A stretch of 64,000 nt of DNA from Lysobacterales bacterium (GCA_022844165.1 JALHMH010000019.1:1-64000), one strand, 5' to 3'. Counted from the stretch's first letter, positions 21,882 to 32,129 are shown. Translations and numbers: made by a program. Notes: generated from the letters alone by a model not told the origin.

Positions 21882-22483
21882 GCACAAATACGGACGCCCT
21901 CAAACGCTACTACCGTTTCCACGCTGCGATTTACGACTCGACGCGCTGGTCTTTTTTGTTCGGCCGATCGGCGCTGATCCAACGGTTGCAAACCATGCGG
22001 CTGCAACCGCGACGCGTACTGGAGATCGGCTGTGGTACGGGGCGTAATCTGGCGATGTTGGCGCGGGCCTTCCCCAAAGCCGACATCGTCGGTGTGGATA
22101 TTTCGCAAGACATGCTCGAACACGCTCGACGTCGTTGTTCGTTCGCCGAAGATCGTGTCTTCCTGGAATGCGCGCCCTACGGAACGCAGAGTCGCCTGGG
22201 CGGGTTCGACGTGATCGTTGCGTCCTACGCGCTGTCGATGATGGGCGACGGCGTTGGCGCGGTGCTCGACGCGGTCAAACGCGATCTGCGGCACGGCGGC
22301 GTGTTTGCGGTTGTCGATTTTCGGGATTCGCGCTTCGCTTTTTTCCGCCGCTGGATGGGCTGCAATCACGTTCGCCTTGACGATGGTGTTCTGCCTCAGA
22401 TCCGCGAACGATTTGGTGAGTCAGTGGTTTCAACCCACCATGCCTACGCAGGATTGTGGCGCTGGTTCATGCTTGTCGCTTGA
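21878..22483 (+). CDS. btaB: Class I SAM-dependent methyltransferase, BtaB-like
   Basis: YYRFHAAIYDSTRWSFLFGR, LEIGCGTGRNL, SYALSM. ATGA overlap with btaA. Confidence 0.8.
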   Translation: MSTNTDALKRYYRFHAAIYDSTRWSFLFGRSALIQRLQTMRLQPRRVLEIGCGTGRNLAMLARAFPKADIVGVDISQDMLEHARRRCSFAEDRVFLECAPYGTQSRLGGFDVIVASYALSMMGDGVGAVLDAVKRDLRHGGVFAVVDFRDSRFAFFRRWMGCNHVRLDDGVLPQIRERFGESVVSTHHAYAGLWRWFMLVA

Positions 22484-22491
22484 GGCCGTCG

Positions 22492-23625
22492 TCAGGGCGC
22501 GCGATAGACAGGTTTCTGTTGCAATGTCGCGTTCAGGGTCATCGCCAGTCCCGAGCGGACCAGCTCTATGCTGACCGGCGTCTCCGGCTTCAGATTAGCC
22601 TCAAAGCTCCGAAACTGCTCCAGCGACTGCACCTCGACACCATGCAGCCGCATCAAGGCATCGCCCGTGCGAACACCGGCCCGGTCGGCCGCTGACTGAG
22701 GTTCGATGCGGATGACCTGTAACGCCGTGCGCATTTCACCCGTCATTGAGTTCGAAAGCTGCACCGGCACAACTTCGACACCGAGCCAGCCGCGTACCAC
22801 AAAGCCCTGTCGAACGATCGCATCGAGGATCGCGCGTGCGGTCTCAATCGGAATCGCGAAGCTGATGCCCTCTGCCCCGCGGCCTCGCCCAAACATCGCC
22901 GTATTGATACCGACCAGCTCACCACGTGCATTGATCAGCGCGCCCCCCGAATTTCCGGTATTGACTGCCGCGTCGGTTTGAATCAGGTGTTCGTAGCCCA
23001 TCAATCCGAGGTTGACGATTGCTTCGCCGCGCGCGCTGACAATGCCCATCGTAACGCTTTGGCCTAACCCGAATGGATTACCAATGGCCAGTACCACATC
23101 GCCAATCGCCAGTTCGCCGTCAGCTGCAAATGCCAGTGCCGGAAGGTCCGAAACATCGATCTTGAGCACCGCCAGGTCAGTGTCCGGGTCGGTGGCAACA
23201 ACCCGTGCGTCTGTGGTTCGCCCATCCCACAGAACCGCTCGCACGCGGTCCTTGTTGGCCACGACGTGGTTGTTCGTCAGCAAGTACCCGTCGCCGCGTA
23301 CGATGACCGCCGAACCCAGGGATTGTTCGAGCCGCTGCGTTGGTGGACCGATGGGCGTGAAGCTCTGCCCGAGCATTCGCGATGCCTGCTCACTCAATTG
23401 GGCGACAGGCGTTTCGGTCACGATGCCCGTGGCATAGATGTTTACAACTGAGGGACCGGCGGCCCTGACCGCGCTGGCAAAGCTCGTTACCACAGGCGCG
23501 GCCGGCGCGGGCTCGGTCAGCAGCTGCGGCCGTAACCACACGACAATAAAGGCCAACGCAAGTCCAATGATGGCCCAGCGCGCGAAATACGTCAGATGAT
23601 CGCGCCAGAGCGCTGTCGGAAGCAT
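22492..23625 (-). CDS. degS: Trypsin-like periplasmic serine protease with PDZ domain (DegS/AlgW-like)
   Basis: LTNNHVV, TDLAVLK, GNSGGAL. One TM segment and one PDZ domain. Confidence 0.8.
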   Translation of the reverse strand: MLPTALWRDHLTYFARWAIIGLALAFIVVWLRPQLLTEPAPAAPVVTSFASAVRAAGPSVVNIYATGIVTETPVAQLSEQASRMLGQSFTPIGPPTQRLEQSLGSAVIVRGDGYLLTNNHVVANKDRVRAVLWDGRTTDARVVATDPDTDLAVLKIDVSDLPALAFAADGELAIGDVVLAIGNPFGLGQSVTMGIVSARGEAIVNLGLMGYEHLIQTDAAVNTGNSGGALINARGELVGINTAMFGRGRGAEGISFAIPIETARAILDAIVRQGFVVRGWLGVEVVPVQLSNSMTGEMRTALQVIRIEPQSAADRAGVRTGDALMRLHGVEVQSLEQFRSFEANLKPETPVSIELVRSGLAMTLNATLQQKPVYRAP

Positions 23626-23770
23626 GGACGATGGAAGGTCTGGTTCAATGAGGCATTTGCATTGTGTGCGTTCGAGGCCATCCTGTAAACTTCGGCGGAT
23701 AGCCGCGCCCGGTCCCTAACCGCATCGTTCGCAGCAAACTTTCATCCAGGTTGCAGGAGTTAGACAGAGC

Positions 23771-24370
23771 ATGGCAGCAGAGTCCGTGAACCACGGGCGC
23801 CGTCGCTTCCTGACCGCATCGACGGCGGTAGTAGGCGGTGTGGGCGGCGTCTTCGCCGCCATCCCGTTTTTGAGCGCGTGGAAACCCAGCGCGCGAGCGG
23901 TAGCCGCGGGAGCGCCGGTGATTGCGCCCATCGACAAACTCAATCCGGGGCAACAGTTGGTTGTCGCCTGGCGCGGCAAGCCGGTGTTCGTTGTCAGACG
24001 CGATGAGGCAATGCTGGCGACGCTTGCAGGTGAGAGCGCGCGACTACGCGATCCGGATTCGGCGAACGATGACGAAACCACGCTGCCGGAGTTTGCTCGA
24101 AATCAGCATCGTTCGATGAGGCCTGAGTTGCTGGTTCTCATTGGATCCTGCACGCATCTGGGTTGCTCGCCGAAGCTACATCCGGTGGTGCAGCCTGAGC
24201 CGTGGGACGCTCAATGGAAAGGTGGTTATTTTTGCCCTTGCCATAACTCGCGCTTCGACATGGCTGGACGCGTCTACGAAGGTTCGCCGGCGCCGACCAA
24301 CCTGGCCGTGCCGCCGTATCGGTTCGATGGCGATGTTCGCGTGGTGATCGGCGAGATGGAGGCAGCGTAA
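23771..24370 (+). CDS. petA: Ubiquinol-cytochrome c reductase Rieske subunit
   Basis: Tat motif RRRFL, CTHLGC, CPCHNS. Confidence 0.96.
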   Translation: MAAESVNHGRRRFLTASTAVVGGVGGVFAAIPFLSAWKPSARAVAAGAPVIAPIDKLNPGQQLVVAWRGKPVFVVRRDEAMLATLAGESARLRDPDSANDDETTLPEFARNQHRSMRPELLVLIGSCTHLGCSPKLHPVVQPEPWDAQWKGGYFCPCHNSRFDMAGRVYEGSPAPTNLAVPPYRFDGDVRVVIGEMEAA

Positions 24371-25609
24371 ATGGGCGAGCGTACGAGCACCATGACGGGC
24401 GTGCTGGGCTGGTTGGATCAGCGCATGCCGGTTGTCGATTTCTGGAACAAACATGTCGGCCAGTATTACGCGCCGAAGAACTTCAATGTCTGGTACTACT
24501 TCGGTTCATTGGCGCTACTGGTGTTGGTGAACCAGATCGTGACCGGCATTTTCCTGACGATGCACTACAAACCGAGTGCCGCCGAAGCCTTCGCTTCAGT
24601 CGAGTACATCATGCGCGACGTCGAATGGGGATGGCTCATTCGATACATGCACTCTACGGGCGCGTCGTTCTTTTTCATCGTCGTGTACCTGCACATGTTC
24701 AGAGCGCTTTTGTACGGTTCGTACCAAAAGCCCCGTGAGCTGATCTGGGTGCTGGGTGTGGTGATCCTTTTGTTGATGATGGCTGAGGCCTTTTTGGGCT
24801 ATGTCCTGCCATGGGGACAAATGTCGTTCTGGGGTGCGCAGGTCATTGTGTCGCTGTTCGGTGCGATACCGATCATCGGTCCGGATCTGGTGATCTTCAT
24901 TCAGGGCGACTATTTGCCGTCAGACGCCACAATCAATCGTTTCTTTGCATTGCACGTTGTCGCACTGCCGATCGCGTTGTTGTTGCTGGTGGTGCTGCAT
25001 TTGGGCGCGTTGCACGAAGTCGGTTCGAACAACCCGGACGGTATCGATATCAAGAAGAAAAAGGACGCGTCCGGCAAACCGCTGGATGGCATACCGTTCC
25101 ATCCGTATTACACGGTCAAGGATTTGTTTGGCGCAGGCGTGTTTTTGTCGCTGTTCGCTTTCGTGATCTTCTTCGAACCGACTTTCGGCGATCTGTTCCT
25201 GGAGTACGACAACTTCGCGCCGGCCGACCCGCTGGTGACGCCGGCTCAGATCAAGCCCGTCTGGTACTTTACGCCGTACTACGCGATGCTGCGCGCGATC
25301 CCGGACAAGTTTTTCGGTGTGGTGGTGATGGGTGCCGCGGTACTGATCCTGTTTTTGGTGCCATGGCTCGATCGTAGTCCAGTGCGGTCGATTCGCTATC
25401 GTGGTCCGCTGACGAAAATTGCCTTGGCCGCATTCGCCACTGCGTTTGTGGTACTCGGGTATCTGGGCCTGCAAGCAGGCAGCGAGACGCAAACGCTGGT
25501 TGCGCGCGTTTGTACGTTTATCTACTTCGGATTCTTTGTGGCCATGCCGCTCTTTACCAAGATCGATTCGGTGAAGCCGGTGCCTGAGCGGGTGACGATG
25601 CATGACTAA
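24371..25609 (+). CDS. petB: Cytochrome b
   Basis: GWLIRYMHSTGAS, PWGQMSFWG, RFFALH, IKPVWYF. Confidence 0.97.
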   Translation: MGERTSTMTGVLGWLDQRMPVVDFWNKHVGQYYAPKNFNVWYYFGSLALLVLVNQIVTGIFLTMHYKPSAAEAFASVEYIMRDVEWGWLIRYMHSTGASFFFIVVYLHMFRALLYGSYQKPRELIWVLGVVILLLMMAEAFLGYVLPWGQMSFWGAQVIVSLFGAIPIIGPDLVIFIQGDYLPSDATINRFFALHVVALPIALLLLVVLHLGALHEVGSNNPDGIDIKKKKDASGKPLDGIPFHPYYTVKDLFGAGVFLSLFAFVIFFEPTFGDLFLEYDNFAPADPLVTPAQIKPVWYFTPYYAMLRAIPDKFFGVVVMGAAVLILFLVPWLDRSPVRSIRYRGPLTKIALAAFATAFVVLGYLGLQAGSETQTLVARVCTFIYFGFFVAMPLFTKIDSVKPVPERVTMHD

Positions 25610-26351
25610 GCCAATTCTCACGCTGCTTCTCGCGCTCGTTGGCAGCGTCGCTGCAGCTGCAGGGCCTGGCCCGAAGCTGCTCAACGCCGGCACGAATATC
25701 TCGGACACTGCTTCCTTGCAACGAGGTGCGCAGTTGTACTTCAACTATTGCGCGAGCTGCCATTCTTTGCAGTACATGCGGTACTCGCGGATGGCTGAAG
25801 ACCTGGAGCTGACAGAAGATCAGGTCATGAAATACCTGAATTTCACCGGCGCGAAGTTCGGCGAGACCATCACCACGAATATGCCGGTCGGTGCAGGCGA
25901 GGCGACGTTCGGTGGTGAGGACTGGTTTGGCAAGGCACCGCCTGATTTGTCGTTAGTGGCGCGTGCACGCAATGACGGTCCAAATTGGATTTACACCTAC
26001 CTTTTGTCGTTCTATCCCGATCCAAGCCGCCCGGTGGGCTGGAACAATACGGTGTTCCCGAATGCCAGCATGCCGCATGTCATGTGGGATCGGCAGGGTG
26101 TGCAGGTGCTCGTCCAGCAGACCGATGACGCCGGTCAGGAAACGACAGGATTCGACTTGATCCGTGAGGGCAGCCGCTCACCTGAGCAGTACCGTCAAGA
26201 TGCGCGCGATGTGGCAACGTTCCTGGAGTACGTGGGTGAGCCTGCTGCGCTTCAGAGGGAACGCTATGGATTGTGGGTTCTGCTGTACCTTCTGCTGTTC
26301 ACAGGCGTTGCGTATTTGTTGAAGCACGAATACTGGAAGGACGTTCATTGA
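25602..26351 (+). CDS. petC: Cytochrome c1
   Basis: CASCH heme motif, PPDLS, C-terminal TM ending YWKDVH. Confidence 0.96.
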   Translation: MTKPILTLLLALVGSVAAAAGPGPKLLNAGTNISDTASLQRGAQLYFNYCASCHSLQYMRYSRMAEDLELTEDQVMKYLNFTGAKFGETITTNMPVGAGEATFGGEDWFGKAPPDLSLVARARNDGPNWIYTYLLSFYPDPSRPVGWNNTVFPNASMPHVMWDRQGVQVLVQQTDDAGQETTGFDLIREGSRSPEQYRQDARDVATFLEYVGEPAALQRERYGLWVLLYLLLFTGVAYLLKHEYWKDVH

Positions 26352-26356
26352 CACTC

Positions 26357-26379
26357 TGGGCGCCGCGCAGCGGCGCCCA
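26357..26379 (+). terminator. Perfect 10-bp hairpin after petC
   Basis: TGGGCGCCGC-GCA-GCGGCGCCCA. No strong U tract. Confidence 0.5.
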
Positions 26380-26408
26380 ACTTCCCACCGAACCGGATCC
26401 GTTCCGCC

Positions 26409-27419
26409 ATGGTCAATATCGGGCTGTTTGGGCGCTTTGTGCCTTTACAGTCACTGACGCCCGCCGATCGAACGCAGTTGGCCAAACAATCGAGTTTGGT
26501 CAGCTATCAACCTGGGCAAGTGATTTTCAATCGCGGCGAAATGGCCAGGACGCAGGCCTTCTTGATTGAGGGCGAAATCGACCTGGTGGATGGCGCGCAA
26601 CGGGCGAATCGTCTGCTCGCTGGTCAGGCCGAAGCCAAACATGCGCTGGCACCAGGCCACCGCCGCTCGTCCACCGCTTGTTGTGTCAAGGCATCTCAGG
26701 TGCTGTTTGTCGATCGAGAGCTGCTCGACGTCATGTTGACGTGGTCGCAAACAGGAAATGTCGATGAGGCATCGCGCGATAGCGACTGGGTGACGGCGTT
26801 GTTGCAGAGTAAGGCGTTTTTACGCATCCCGCCAGGAAACATTGCGCAGATTTTGGCGAGTATGGAATCCTTACAGGTTGAAGCCGGCGAGATTATTCTG
26901 CGGCAGGGCGACCCAGGCGACTACTACTACGTGATCACCGACGGTCGAGCCCAGGTTGTTTTGGAAGACGGGCATTCTGAAGAGGAACTGGCCTTGTTGG
27001 GTGTTGGGCGTGGTTTCGGCGAAGAGGCACTGGTTTCGGGCGAGCCGCGCAATGCAACAGTACGGGCGCTGACGCGCTGCAAGTTGATGCGACTTGCCAG
27101 CGCCCAGTTTTCGCGCTTACTCAAAGCGCCGATGCTGCGTGAGGCCGTGCTGGCAGACTATCGAACCGGTGTGCACCTCATTGATGTGCGGCTACCCGGT
27201 GAGTTCGAGCGGGGCCATATGGTGGGTGCGGCCAATATTCCATTGGCCAGAATCCGTGACGCGGCGCGGCTCCTGGATCCGGAGCTGGAATACTGGGTCT
27301 ATTGCGATACCGGCCGCCGCAGCGCCTCCGCGACCTTTCTGCTTGCAGAGCGCGGTTTTAATGCCAAACTGATCAAAGGTGGCGTAACCTCGGATCAATT
27401 GAGCGTGATGGCGGCTTAG
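26409..27419 (+). CDS. Tandem cyclic-nucleotide-binding domains + rhodanese-like domain
   Basis: CNB2 FGEEALVSGEPRNATV. Rhodanese motif IDVRLPGEFERGH...YCDTGRRS. Confidence 0.85.
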   Translation: MVNIGLFGRFVPLQSLTPADRTQLAKQSSLVSYQPGQVIFNRGEMARTQAFLIEGEIDLVDGAQRANRLLAGQAEAKHALAPGHRRSSTACCVKASQVLFVDRELLDVMLTWSQTGNVDEASRDSDWVTALLQSKAFLRIPPGNIAQILASMESLQVEAGEIILRQGDPGDYYYVITDGRAQVVLEDGHSEEELALLGVGRGFGEEALVSGEPRNATVRALTRCKLMRLASAQFSRLLKAPMLREAVLADYRTGVHLIDVRLPGEFERGHMVGAANIPLARIRDAARLLDPELEYWVYCDTGRRSASATFLLAERGFNAKLIKGGVTSDQLSVMAA

Positions 27420-27536
27420 ATGCTGCCGATATCGATTGTCCGCGAACGGGTCGTCATCTGAGCGCTATTCCCAGCTTTTCGCGCAGACACTGCATTGAGC
27501 AGAACTGATCGACCAGCATTTTTTTTCGGAGCCCAC

Positions 27537-28901
27537 ATGCAACAACGAATTAGCGCACGCATCAATCCAGAAGTCGGGATGGATGTGCTTTCGAAAGCCG
27601 AAGTCCGGCGACTTATGGAAGCGACCACCGGCAGTCTTTATCCGCTATTTCGCCAGTGCGCGTTAGCGGTGTTAACCACTGGCAGCGAGTCCGATAGTGC
27701 GCGAGCTGTATTGGCGCGTCATCCCGATTTCGACGTGCGCGTCGTGCAACAAGATCGCGGCGTAAAGCTCGACTTGATCAACGCCCCGGCCGGCGCTTTT
27801 GTCGACGGCGAGATTGTTCGCGGCATTCGGCATCTGTTGTTTGCCGTGCTGCGTGACATCCTTTATGTCGAGAACGAAATCAAGACCCGCGCCAACTTCA
27901 ACGAACCCGAGGGCATTACCAATGCCGTCTTCGACATCCTGAGAAACGCGGGAATTTTGCGGGCTGCCCGCGAGCCCAATCTGATCGTGTGCTGGGGCGG
28001 ACATTCGATCGGGCGCACAGAGTACGAGTACACAAAGAAAGTCGGTTACGAACTCGGTTTGCGCGGCCTGGATATCTGCACCGGATGCGGACCAGGCGCC
28101 ATGAAGGGGCCGATGAAAGGTGCGACCATCGCGCACGCCAAGCAACGATTCACCGACACGCGCTACATCGGCATCACCGAACCCGGGATTATTGCAGCTG
28201 AGTCGCCCAATCCGATTGTCAATCATCTGGTGATCATGCCGGACATCGAGAAGCGCCTTGAAGCCTTCGTGCGAGTTGGGCACGCGATCATCGTGTTCCC
28301 CGGTGGCGTCGGTACAGCCGAGGAAATCCTTTATCTGCTTGGCATCCTGCTGCACCCGGACAATGCCAGTTCGCCATTCCCGGTGGTATTCACGGGGCCC
28401 AAACAGAGCGCGGCATACTTCGAGCAAATCGACGCATTTTTGCGCCTCGTGCTTGGCGATGAGGCCGCATCCCGGTACAAGATCATTGTGGATCATCCAC
28501 GCGAAGTGGCGCAGTACCTGCGTGAGCAAATGAGCCTTGTCACTGAGCATCGTATCGAGGCGAAAGACGCCTTTTTCTACAATTGGACGCTCCGGATTCC
28601 CGAGGCTTTTCAGCATCGTTTTGCGCCGACTCACGAAGCGATGGCAAAACTCGAATTGCATCGCGGGCGTCCCGTGCATGATCTCGCAGCCGACTTACGC
28701 CGAGCATTTAGCGGCATCGTGGCGGGCAACGTGAAAGAGGAGGGGATTCGCGCCATTGAGGCGCATGGTCCCTACGAAATCAGCGGTGAACCCGCCATCA
28801 TGAGCGCGATGGATGCGCTGTTGCGCGCGTTCGTCGAACAACATCGCATGAAACTGCCCGGCGGCGAAGCTTACAAGCCGTGCTATCAAATCAAGTTGTG
28901 A
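27537..28901 (+). CDS. ppnN: Pyrimidine/purine nucleotide 5'-monophosphate nucleosidase (LOG family)
   Basis: CWGGHSI, CTGCGPGAMKGPMKGA, PGGVGTAEE, RRAFSGIVAGNVK. Confidence 0.95.
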   Translation: MQQRISARINPEVGMDVLSKAEVRRLMEATTGSLYPLFRQCALAVLTTGSESDSARAVLARHPDFDVRVVQQDRGVKLDLINAPAGAFVDGEIVRGIRHLLFAVLRDILYVENEIKTRANFNEPEGITNAVFDILRNAGILRAAREPNLIVCWGGHSIGRTEYEYTKKVGYELGLRGLDICTGCGPGAMKGPMKGATIAHAKQRFTDTRYIGITEPGIIAAESPNPIVNHLVIMPDIEKRLEAFVRVGHAIIVFPGGVGTAEEILYLLGILLHPDNASSPFPVVFTGPKQSAAYFEQIDAFLRLVLGDEAASRYKIIVDHPREVAQYLREQMSLVTEHRIEAKDAFFYNWTLRIPEAFQHRFAPTHEAMAKLELHRGRPVHDLAADLRRAFSGIVAGNVKEEGIRAIEAHGPYEISGEPAIMSAMDALLRAFVEQHRMKLPGGEAYKPCYQIKL

Positions 28902-28952
28902 GATTCGACCACAGGGGGCGCACGGGCGATTGATCAACCCTCAACCCGAATC

Positions 28953-28985
28953 GCCAGCTCCGGCCTGGCCGGAGCTGGCTTTATT
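28953..28985. terminator. Strong hairpin between convergent ppnN and ompW
   Basis: GCCAGCTCCGGC-CTG-GCCGGAGCTGGC followed by TTTATT. Confidence 0.75.
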
Positions 28986-29034
28986 GCCAACGGGCAGGGC
29001 GCTCGTGGCTTATCGAAGCGCATTGGTTTAGCGA

Positions 29035-29667
29035 TCAGAATCGATAGATCGCGAAGATGCCGAAAGCCAATGGATCGACGTTGACCGTGCCGAGGTTTGC
29101 GCCATTCAGTGACGCGTCGGCGTCGATGTCGAACCAACGCACGTCGCCGGCGATCGACCAGTTTTGGTTCAGCGCAAAGGCCAGGCCGATCTGCGCCGCC
29201 AATCCGAACGAATCATCCAGGCTCAAACGCGTGCCAGCCAACGGCCCGACTTCTTCTTCGTCGTAGACAAAGGTGTAGTTCAGACCGATACCGACGAAGG
29301 GGTCGACGCTGCCTTCGGGGTTGAAGTGGTATTGCAAGGTGAAAGTAGGCGGCAGATGTTTGAACGATGCCGCACGTCCGCCGTTGAGCTCCACATCGTG
29401 CTCAAACGGCAGCGATGCGAGTATATCGAGCTGCCAGTTGTCGCTGAACCAGTAACCAACGTTGAATGTTGGTCGCACATCGTTGCCGACATCGACGTTA
29501 AAGCTGGTCGTGCCGGCACGCAGCACGCCGTTGCCAGACTTGGGATTGACAGTGTGGGCGCCAAACTTCAGCTCCCAGCTGCCGGCGTTGCCGGCGGCCG
29601 CTGGAGTGGCGTAACCGATTGCGGCCATGATGGCGAAGGCCACACCGCACTGGATTAACTTCTGCAT
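29035..29667 (-). CDS. ompW: OmpW family outer membrane protein
   Basis: Signal peptide, PFEHDV, HLPPTFTLQYHF, C-terminal YRF. Confidence 0.9.
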   Translation of the reverse strand: MQKLIQCGVAFAIMAAIGYATPAAAGNAGSWELKFGAHTVNPKSGNGVLRAGTTSFNVDVGNDVRPTFNVGYWFSDNWQLDILASLPFEHDVELNGGRAASFKHLPPTFTLQYHFNPEGSVDPFVGIGLNYTFVYDEEEVGPLAGTRLSLDDSFGLAAQIGLAFALNQNWSIAGDVRWFDIDADASLNGANLGTVNVDPLAFGIFAIYRF

Positions 29668-29732
29668 GACTTTGTCCTCCTGGTTTGGTCAATTGAGGAC
29701 TCGTAAGCTAATCGCAGGCGATAAGTGCGCAC

Positions 29733-29746
29733 TTGATTTTGGTCAA
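29733..29746. promoter_or_regulatory. FNR/Anr-type box upstream of ompW
   Basis: TTGAT-TTTG-GTCAA, one mismatch to TTGAT-N4-ATCAA. Confidence 0.65.
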
Positions 29747-29850
29747 TTTTGCGTTAACCCGCACATTTCATGAGGGAACGCGGCGCGCCGCCGAATGCCC
29801 GCGCATGGACGCGCTGGCAGGAGGAGCTGAGCAGGAAGCGCAGCCGCGTT

Positions 29851-29879
29851 AAACAAACGGGGCCGGTAAACCGGCCCCG
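29851..29879 (-). terminator. Rho-independent terminator of the M3 peptidase gene
   Basis: CGGGGCCGG-TAAA-CCGGCCCCG, with TTTGTTT downstream on the minus strand. Confidence 0.75.
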
Positions 29880-29906
29880 ATGTAGCGCGTTGTGTTGCCT
29901 GTCGAC

Positions 29907-32057
29907 TCAGTCGTCGATCAAACCGCGATTACGTAACAGCGGGTCGACGCTCGGATCCTTGCCGCGAAAGCCGCGGTAACCTTCCGACCAGTCGATGGTA
30001 TTGCCGCGTGTGTACACCCAGTCTTTGAGACGGCTGGCGACTGTGGTATCGAAGATGTCGCCCGTTTCCTCCATCGCTGCGAATCCGTCGGAATCCAGTA
30101 CCTCGCTCCACAAATAGGCGTAGTAGGCGGCTGAATAGCCGCCACCAAAAACGTGGGAGAAATGCGAAGTGCGGTGACGCATCGGGATCTCTGGCATTGC
30201 ACCGAGGGCTGCCAGGGCCTCGCGTTCAAACGTCTGTGGATCGATATTTGCTGCGTCTGCAGCGCCCAGACGGTGGAAGCGATGGTCAACCAATGCCGAG
30301 GCGACAAACTCTACGGTCGCGAAACCCTGGTTGAAGGTCTCCGCATTGCGCAATTTTTCGATGAGTTCATCGCTGATGACTTCACCCGTGTCGACGTGTT
30401 TGGCGAACTCACGCAGCACCTGCGGTTGCAGCACATAGTGCTCCATGAACTGGGCCGGGAACTCGACGTAATCGCGCGGAACGGACGTGCCGGAAAGGCT
30501 TGGGTACTTCACATTGGATAGCAGGCCGTGCAGCCCGTGGCCCAATTCATGGAACAACGTCGTCGCCTCGGTCAACGAAATCAGCGCCGGTTTGCCTGCC
30601 GGTGGCTTGGGCACATTGAGGTTATTGACCACCTGCGGACGGACATCGCCATCCAGGTTGTTCTGCGGTCGGTAATTTGCCATCCATGCGCCGCTGCGTT
30701 TGCCCTGGCGCGCGAAGGCGTCGAAATAGAACAGACCAACATGGCTGTTTGCAGCATCGAATACTTCAAACACGCGAACGTCGGGGTGGTAAACGGGAAT
30801 GTTGTTGCGTTCCTCGAAACGCACGCCGAACAGACGATTACTCACAGAAAAGGATGCCTGCAACATGTTGTCCAGACTGAAGTACGGCGCAACAATCGCT
30901 GGGTCCAGCGCAAACCGTTCGGTACGAATTCGCTCGGCGTAATACCGCCAATCCCAGCCTTGCAGCGCGCCTTCCACGCCATCGGCATTCATCAGCTTCT
31001 GCAGGTCCTCGCGATCGCGCTTCGCTTGCGTCAGAGCGGGCGTCCAAACGCGTTCCATGAGTTGCAACGCGGCATCGGCAGTCTTGGCCATGCTGTCGGC
31101 GGTGACCAAATCGGCGTGGTTGGCAAAGCCCAAGAGTTCCGCGCGCTCCGCTCTGAGCTTCAACAGGTCACGCACGATGGCGTTATTGTCGAGCTCATTG
31201 CCGTTGTTGCCGCGACTGATAAACGCATTGTAGAAGCGTTCGCGAAGGTCGCGGCGCTTCGAATAGGTCATGAACGCTTCGTAGTCCGGGCGCTGCAGGG
31301 TGAAGACAAATTTCCCGGGTTTGTTGCGATCGCTGGCCGTTTGTCCTGCGCTCAGACGCAAGTTCTCTGGAATGCCGTCGAGATCAGCTTCGTCGAGTTC
31401 CAGGACAAAGGCTTCGGTATCTTTGAGCAGGTTCTGATTGAATTTCGTTTGCAGACTGGCTTCTTGTTCGGTCAACGCTGCGACTTTTGCGCGCGTAGCT
31501 TCATCGAGTGCTGCGCCAGCGCGTGTCATGCGTGCCAAGGTTTGATCGACCAAACGGGCGCTTTCTGCGTCCAGCGAGTCCTTTTGCATGTCCAGCGCCT
31601 TCACGCGCGCGAGCAGCTTTGCGTCCAGCAGCACGGCGTTCTGATGCGCTGCCAGCTTCGGCGCATACTCCGATTCGATTTTGCGGACATTGTCGTCGCT
31701 CAAGTTGCCCGCGTACACGCTAAAAACGGACATGACGCGGCGCAGAGGCTCAGTCGAACGTTCCAATGGCACCATCGTATTTTCGATGGTCGGTGCGTCC
31801 GCATTTGCGGTGATTGCGGCGATCGCCTGCAGTTGTCCGGACATCGCATTATCGAGGGCCGCCGGTATCTGCTCAACTTCGATGGCATCGAAAGGAATTG
31901 CGCCGAACGGTGTGCTCCAGGTCGAGTCAAAAATGCTGACAGTGGCCTTCTGTTCCGTGGCGGCCGCTTGGTTCGCTGCGGGTGGTGTTGGCGGTGAAGA
32001 TTCCGTGCAAGCAGTCAGCGCGAGTGCAATAGCGATAGGCAATAAGAGTTGGCGCAT
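29907..32057 (-). CDS. dcp: M3 family metallopeptidase (Dcp-like), probable lipoprotein
   Basis: Lipobox-like LALTAC, KRSGAWM, FHELGHGLH, GGYSAAYYAYLWSE. Confidence 0.85.
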   Translation of the reverse strand: MRQLLLPIAIALALTACTESSPPTPPAANQAAATEQKATVSIFDSTWSTPFGAIPFDAIEVEQIPAALDNAMSGQLQAIAAITANADAPTIENTMVPLERSTEPLRRVMSVFSVYAGNLSDDNVRKIESEYAPKLAAHQNAVLLDAKLLARVKALDMQKDSLDAESARLVDQTLARMTRAGAALDEATRAKVAALTEQEASLQTKFNQNLLKDTEAFVLELDEADLDGIPENLRLSAGQTASDRNKPGKFVFTLQRPDYEAFMTYSKRRDLRERFYNAFISRGNNGNELDNNAIVRDLLKLRAERAELLGFANHADLVTADSMAKTADAALQLMERVWTPALTQAKRDREDLQKLMNADGVEGALQGWDWRYYAERIRTERFALDPAIVAPYFSLDNMLQASFSVSNRLFGVRFEERNNIPVYHPDVRVFEVFDAANSHVGLFYFDAFARQGKRSGAWMANYRPQNNLDGDVRPQVVNNLNVPKPPAGKPALISLTEATTLFHELGHGLHGLLSNVKYPSLSGTSVPRDYVEFPAQFMEHYVLQPQVLREFAKHVDTGEVISDELIEKLRNAETFNQGFATVEFVASALVDHRFHRLGAADAANIDPQTFEREALAALGAMPEIPMRHRTSHFSHVFGGGYSAAYYAYLWSEVLDSDGFAAMEETGDIFDTTVASRLKDWVYTRGNTIDWSEGYRGFRGKDPSVDPLLRNRGLIDD

Positions 32058-32129
32058 GGCATTCCAAAATGGAAGAAGGGGTGGGCGGTCATACCACTGC
32101 AATAGCCTGTATGTCTTGTGTCGGAAGGC

